A DNA stretch of 64,000 bases from NCBI RefSeq assembly GCF_964355755.1, contig NC_092677.1:5168101-5232100 (forward strand). The letters are read 5' to 3'. Under the pieces are notes generated by a model that was given only the letters and a program-made list of their open reading frames with translations, ran no database searches and was not told the DNA's origin. Below are positions 63,396-64,000 of the stretch, in pieces. Source of the DNA: Antedon mediterranea (Eukaryota; Animalia; Echinodermata). A program made the position numbers and the translations under genes. Each line of letters opens with the position of its first letter. Positions within the stretch are counted from its first letter, which is position 1.

Positions 63396-64000
63396 AGGAT
63401 ATTATTAAAATTTATTAAAAAGTCTCCCCAACCAAGATTTGAACCCGGACTACTGGGGCTTTTATGGTATTGTTCAAACCCCATTGGATAGCGACTCTTT
63501 CACTCTTGGTGTGGTACAGCCGAACAGCACTAGTCCTTAAATTGTACTCACCAGAGATCAAATTGATATTCCCTCATCTTTCAGTATTTTAAAGCAGGAA
63601 CAATTTTTCCATTTTTGTTCTATATAATTTTTGAGATCATGCTAATGTGTTTTCTCTTAATTTTCAGCTTTTTACTTTTAAACCTATTTATGTTGTGCAA
63701 GCTGGCTATAGTGATTCATACAGATGAACTAATATTGAATTTGTATTATTATATAGTCTGTTTTAATCATTTGTTTGTGATCAACACTTTCATGAAAACA
63801 TTTACAGTAGTACTCTTTATGGTTCTATATTTTCTAAAGGTTGTTGATTGATTGATTGAACAAAAATGTAACGTTGGTATAGAAGAAGTATAAACATAAA
63901 TTAATATATTTTTATTTATAAATTAAGATTACGTATGTATTAGGTATAGTTAAAACAAAGACAATGACCGCTCAAACTCCCAACTGTACAGTATAGTTTT

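Overview
AT-rich, intron-rich animal (invertebrate-type) genomic DNA; no prokaryotic features. Positions ~158-23221 are a nested transposon stack. The outer element is IS3EU-like, with a TATGG terminus and a subterminal repeat array. It carries two convergent spliced genes: a SAM-UIM-HECT E3 ubiquitin ligase (+) and a SAM-like/HTH/DDE integrase-type transposase (-). A PHD-FLYWCH-MULE transposon (itself hit by a 5'-truncated CR1-group LINE) and a near-intact Gypsy element with non-canonical CG...CG LTR ends are inserted into it. Positions ~23.4-38.2 kb hold a phase-compatible exon chain that joins an Ig domain to a sialidase-fold (Asp-box) propeller with substituted catalytic residues, plus a decayed second copy. 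Positions ~41.7-62.5 kb hold two head-to-head paralogous Ig-superfamily type-I receptors with related ectodomains but unrelated cytoplasmic tails; one tail is built from repeated 111-nt tyrosine-motif exons. Many non-autonomous elements fill the introns and spacers (IS3EU foldback, Helentron-like, Academ-like, hAT-like, SINEs, LINE relics, micro-palindromes). Gene models were built by hand from GT-AG sites and phase, and family names come from motif recognition, not database searches.
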